20,000 nucleotides of DNA, from the IMG/VR virus record IMGVR_UViG_3300018878_000142. One strand, written 5' to 3'. This document shows, piece after piece, positions 18,411-20,000 of this stretch. The first letter of the stretch is position 1. The number at the start of each line of letters is the position of its first letter. The translations under genes and the position numbers were made by a program. The DNA comes from an uncultured virus (IMG/VR IMGVR_UViG_3300018878_000142) (taxonomy: Duplodnaviria > Heunggongvirae > Uroviricota > Caudoviricetes). The notes beneath the pieces are model-generated. The model was not told where the DNA came from and did no database searches. It saw nothing but the letters and a program-made list of their open reading frames with translations.

Positions 18411-18986
18411 ATGAATTTAAAAACAACGTTAAAAGCTTATCCAAAACTTTCTCCATCAATCTTATCTAACTATGTGACAAAAGAAGAATTGGAAGCAAAA
18501 GATTATGTAACCCATTCGCAATTAAGTGATATTTTGAAAGGGTTTGTAAGGGAAGTCGAAAATCCAGATCCTGCAGCTATCTATATAAGAAAGCTAGTAG
18601 ATGGCGAATTAGTATGGGCTCCAGTTCACGATATACCTGGGGTAATAGATGGCGTGCTTTGTTATGGAATGACAAAAACAACTACATTAGATGATGCTTA
18701 GCTTGCATTATTAAACCGTATGGAGCTTTCATATGATGTTAAGGAATATATGATCGAATATGCGCCAACATCAAATGGATATTTCTGGATATGCTCAACA
18801 AAACCTGTGCTTAAAGTAGAGGCTGATAATGGTTTGACTTATCAAGTAAATACGATTGAGCAAGATGGTGTTTTACATTTAACTTATGAGGGTGAAGAAT
18901 TTTATTTCTTCTGCTGCAGAACAACAAAACTTGCAGCTATACCTGGTGTTGCATATAAATTTAAGATAACTTTAGAGGGAGAATAA
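18411..18986 (+). CDS. Probable fibre/appendage protein (191 aa, TAG at 18699)
   Basis: Track ORFs 18411 and 18720 are one frame. Short repeats NYVTKEEL/DYVTHSQL, a foldon-like segment, then a beta-rich domain. GAGGAG upstream. Confidence 0.72.
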
Positions 18987-18987
18987 T

Positions 18988-19998
18988 ATGGCTGAAAATA
19001 TTGTTACTCGTGTTCCATTGATCGGCGTTTTAACACCTGCTGATATGTGTGGATATGTAGTTGAGAGTAAGTATATCCAGGGTAGTTATATAGTTGTACA
19101 AACTATCGCTGAAAGAAATGCTCTAACTTCTAAAGCCACATATGAATACAATAATGTTCTGCAAAATGGTAGTCCTGTTTATGTTGCAGAAGAAAAGAAA
19201 ACTTACAGATATGAACTTACTGATAGAGGTCCTATGTGGGTTCTCGATACAGTAGATCTTACAGCTATTGATAAAGAGCTTAAAGAATTAGTAGCTACTG
19301 ATACCGCATTAAGCGAAGAATTAGAAGATTTTAAATAGGTTGTAACTTTAAGCCTTAATAGTAAAGCAGATAAATCAGAATTAGCTAATTATGCTACAAA
19401 AGCTGATGTAACTGCTGCTGTTTCAGTTAAAGCAGATGATGTACTTTTCACTGATACTTATTTTGTAACAAAAGCAATTGGCAATTTTGTAGGTGATGGT
19501 ACTGAAAGCTTGCAAGGAATGACTATCAGAGAAATTTTTGTTAAGATGTTAGGTGCAACATTGAAAGTAGTTTATGATTCTATAACAGATCAAATTATAG
19601 CAGAAGAATTACCTGTTTATTCTATTGATGCTGATGGTAATGTTACAGCTACACCTTATACTTATATTGAAATAGCTGCTGGCTCAGAAGTTGCTGGCGA
19701 AATTGTTAAACCTACTCAAAGTGGTTTCTATCAAATTAAAGATTCTAGTGGTAACGTTATTGAATCCGGCTATCAGGAAGTGAGTGATGTTAATTTGAAC
19801 CATGTTTATCATATTGCTTTTCCAGAAGCTGTAGATTTTAATGTCTCAGGTAGAGTTGACGAATATGACGAGCTTGGTAAAAAATACAGCACAGTATGGG
19901 ATGTTTCGACTGGAACTAAATTAATAACACTTACTGATGATTTGACTGTAATAGAAAGTCTTTATGATACGCAATATTATGCTGAGATCAAAGCATAA
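18988..19998 (+). CDS. Probable tail/fibre-associated structural protein (336 aa, TAG at 19336)
   Basis: Track ORFs 18988 and 19510 join in frame. 'VQTIAERNAL...GSPVYVAEEKKTYRY' head, coiled segment 'KADKSELANYATKADV', beta-rich tail; TAA at 19996-19998. Confidence 0.72.
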
Positions 19999-20000
19999 GA

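Noticed and set aside
985..19998. Interpreting the fragmented ORFs as a decayed prophage or pseudogene field
   Set aside because: All but one interruption is TAG, there are no frameshifts, and SD sites, overlaps and motifs are intact. Decay would give mixed stops and indels.
3..19998. TAG as pyrrolysine or programmed site-specific read-through
   Set aside because: TAGs are frequent, occur in unrelated genes with no shared flanking context, and never serve as a gene end, which fits general reassignment.
1..20000. CRISPR array, tRNA (including a CUA suppressor), rRNA, integrase or transposase
   Set aside because: Intergenic gaps are at most about 130 nt and show no cloverleaf or spaced direct repeats. 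The recoding machinery, if phage-encoded, must lie outside the window.

Overview
AT-rich (about 30% GC by eye), densely coding segment with every gene on the + strand, most likely from a large tailed phage. The key to the window is that TAG is not a stop codon. I read 26 in-frame TAGs inside otherwise continuous frames, and every true gene end is TAA or TGA, which fits genetic code 15 (TAG=Gln). Re-translation merges the fragmented ORF track into about 21 closely packed genes and recovers three genes the track lacks entirely, plus a partial gene at the left edge. Content: a Pol-beta-type nucleotidyltransferase; seven proteins sharing an ~50-aa N-terminal module, one with BspA-type leucine-rich repeats; a tail-fibre-like protein with an Mtd_N-like start and His-containing ~45-aa repeats; a block of large acidic mosaic proteins (GNAT, Cys4 zinc module, half-ferritin, small shuffled domains) whose modules are delimited by [LIVMF]-x-E motifs resembling T4-type prohead-protease sites; and three probable virion appendage genes. 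Each of the five long intergenic gaps holds one GCTAAATTAT motif, a candidate late promoter. All product calls come from motif recognition by eye; no database search was run.
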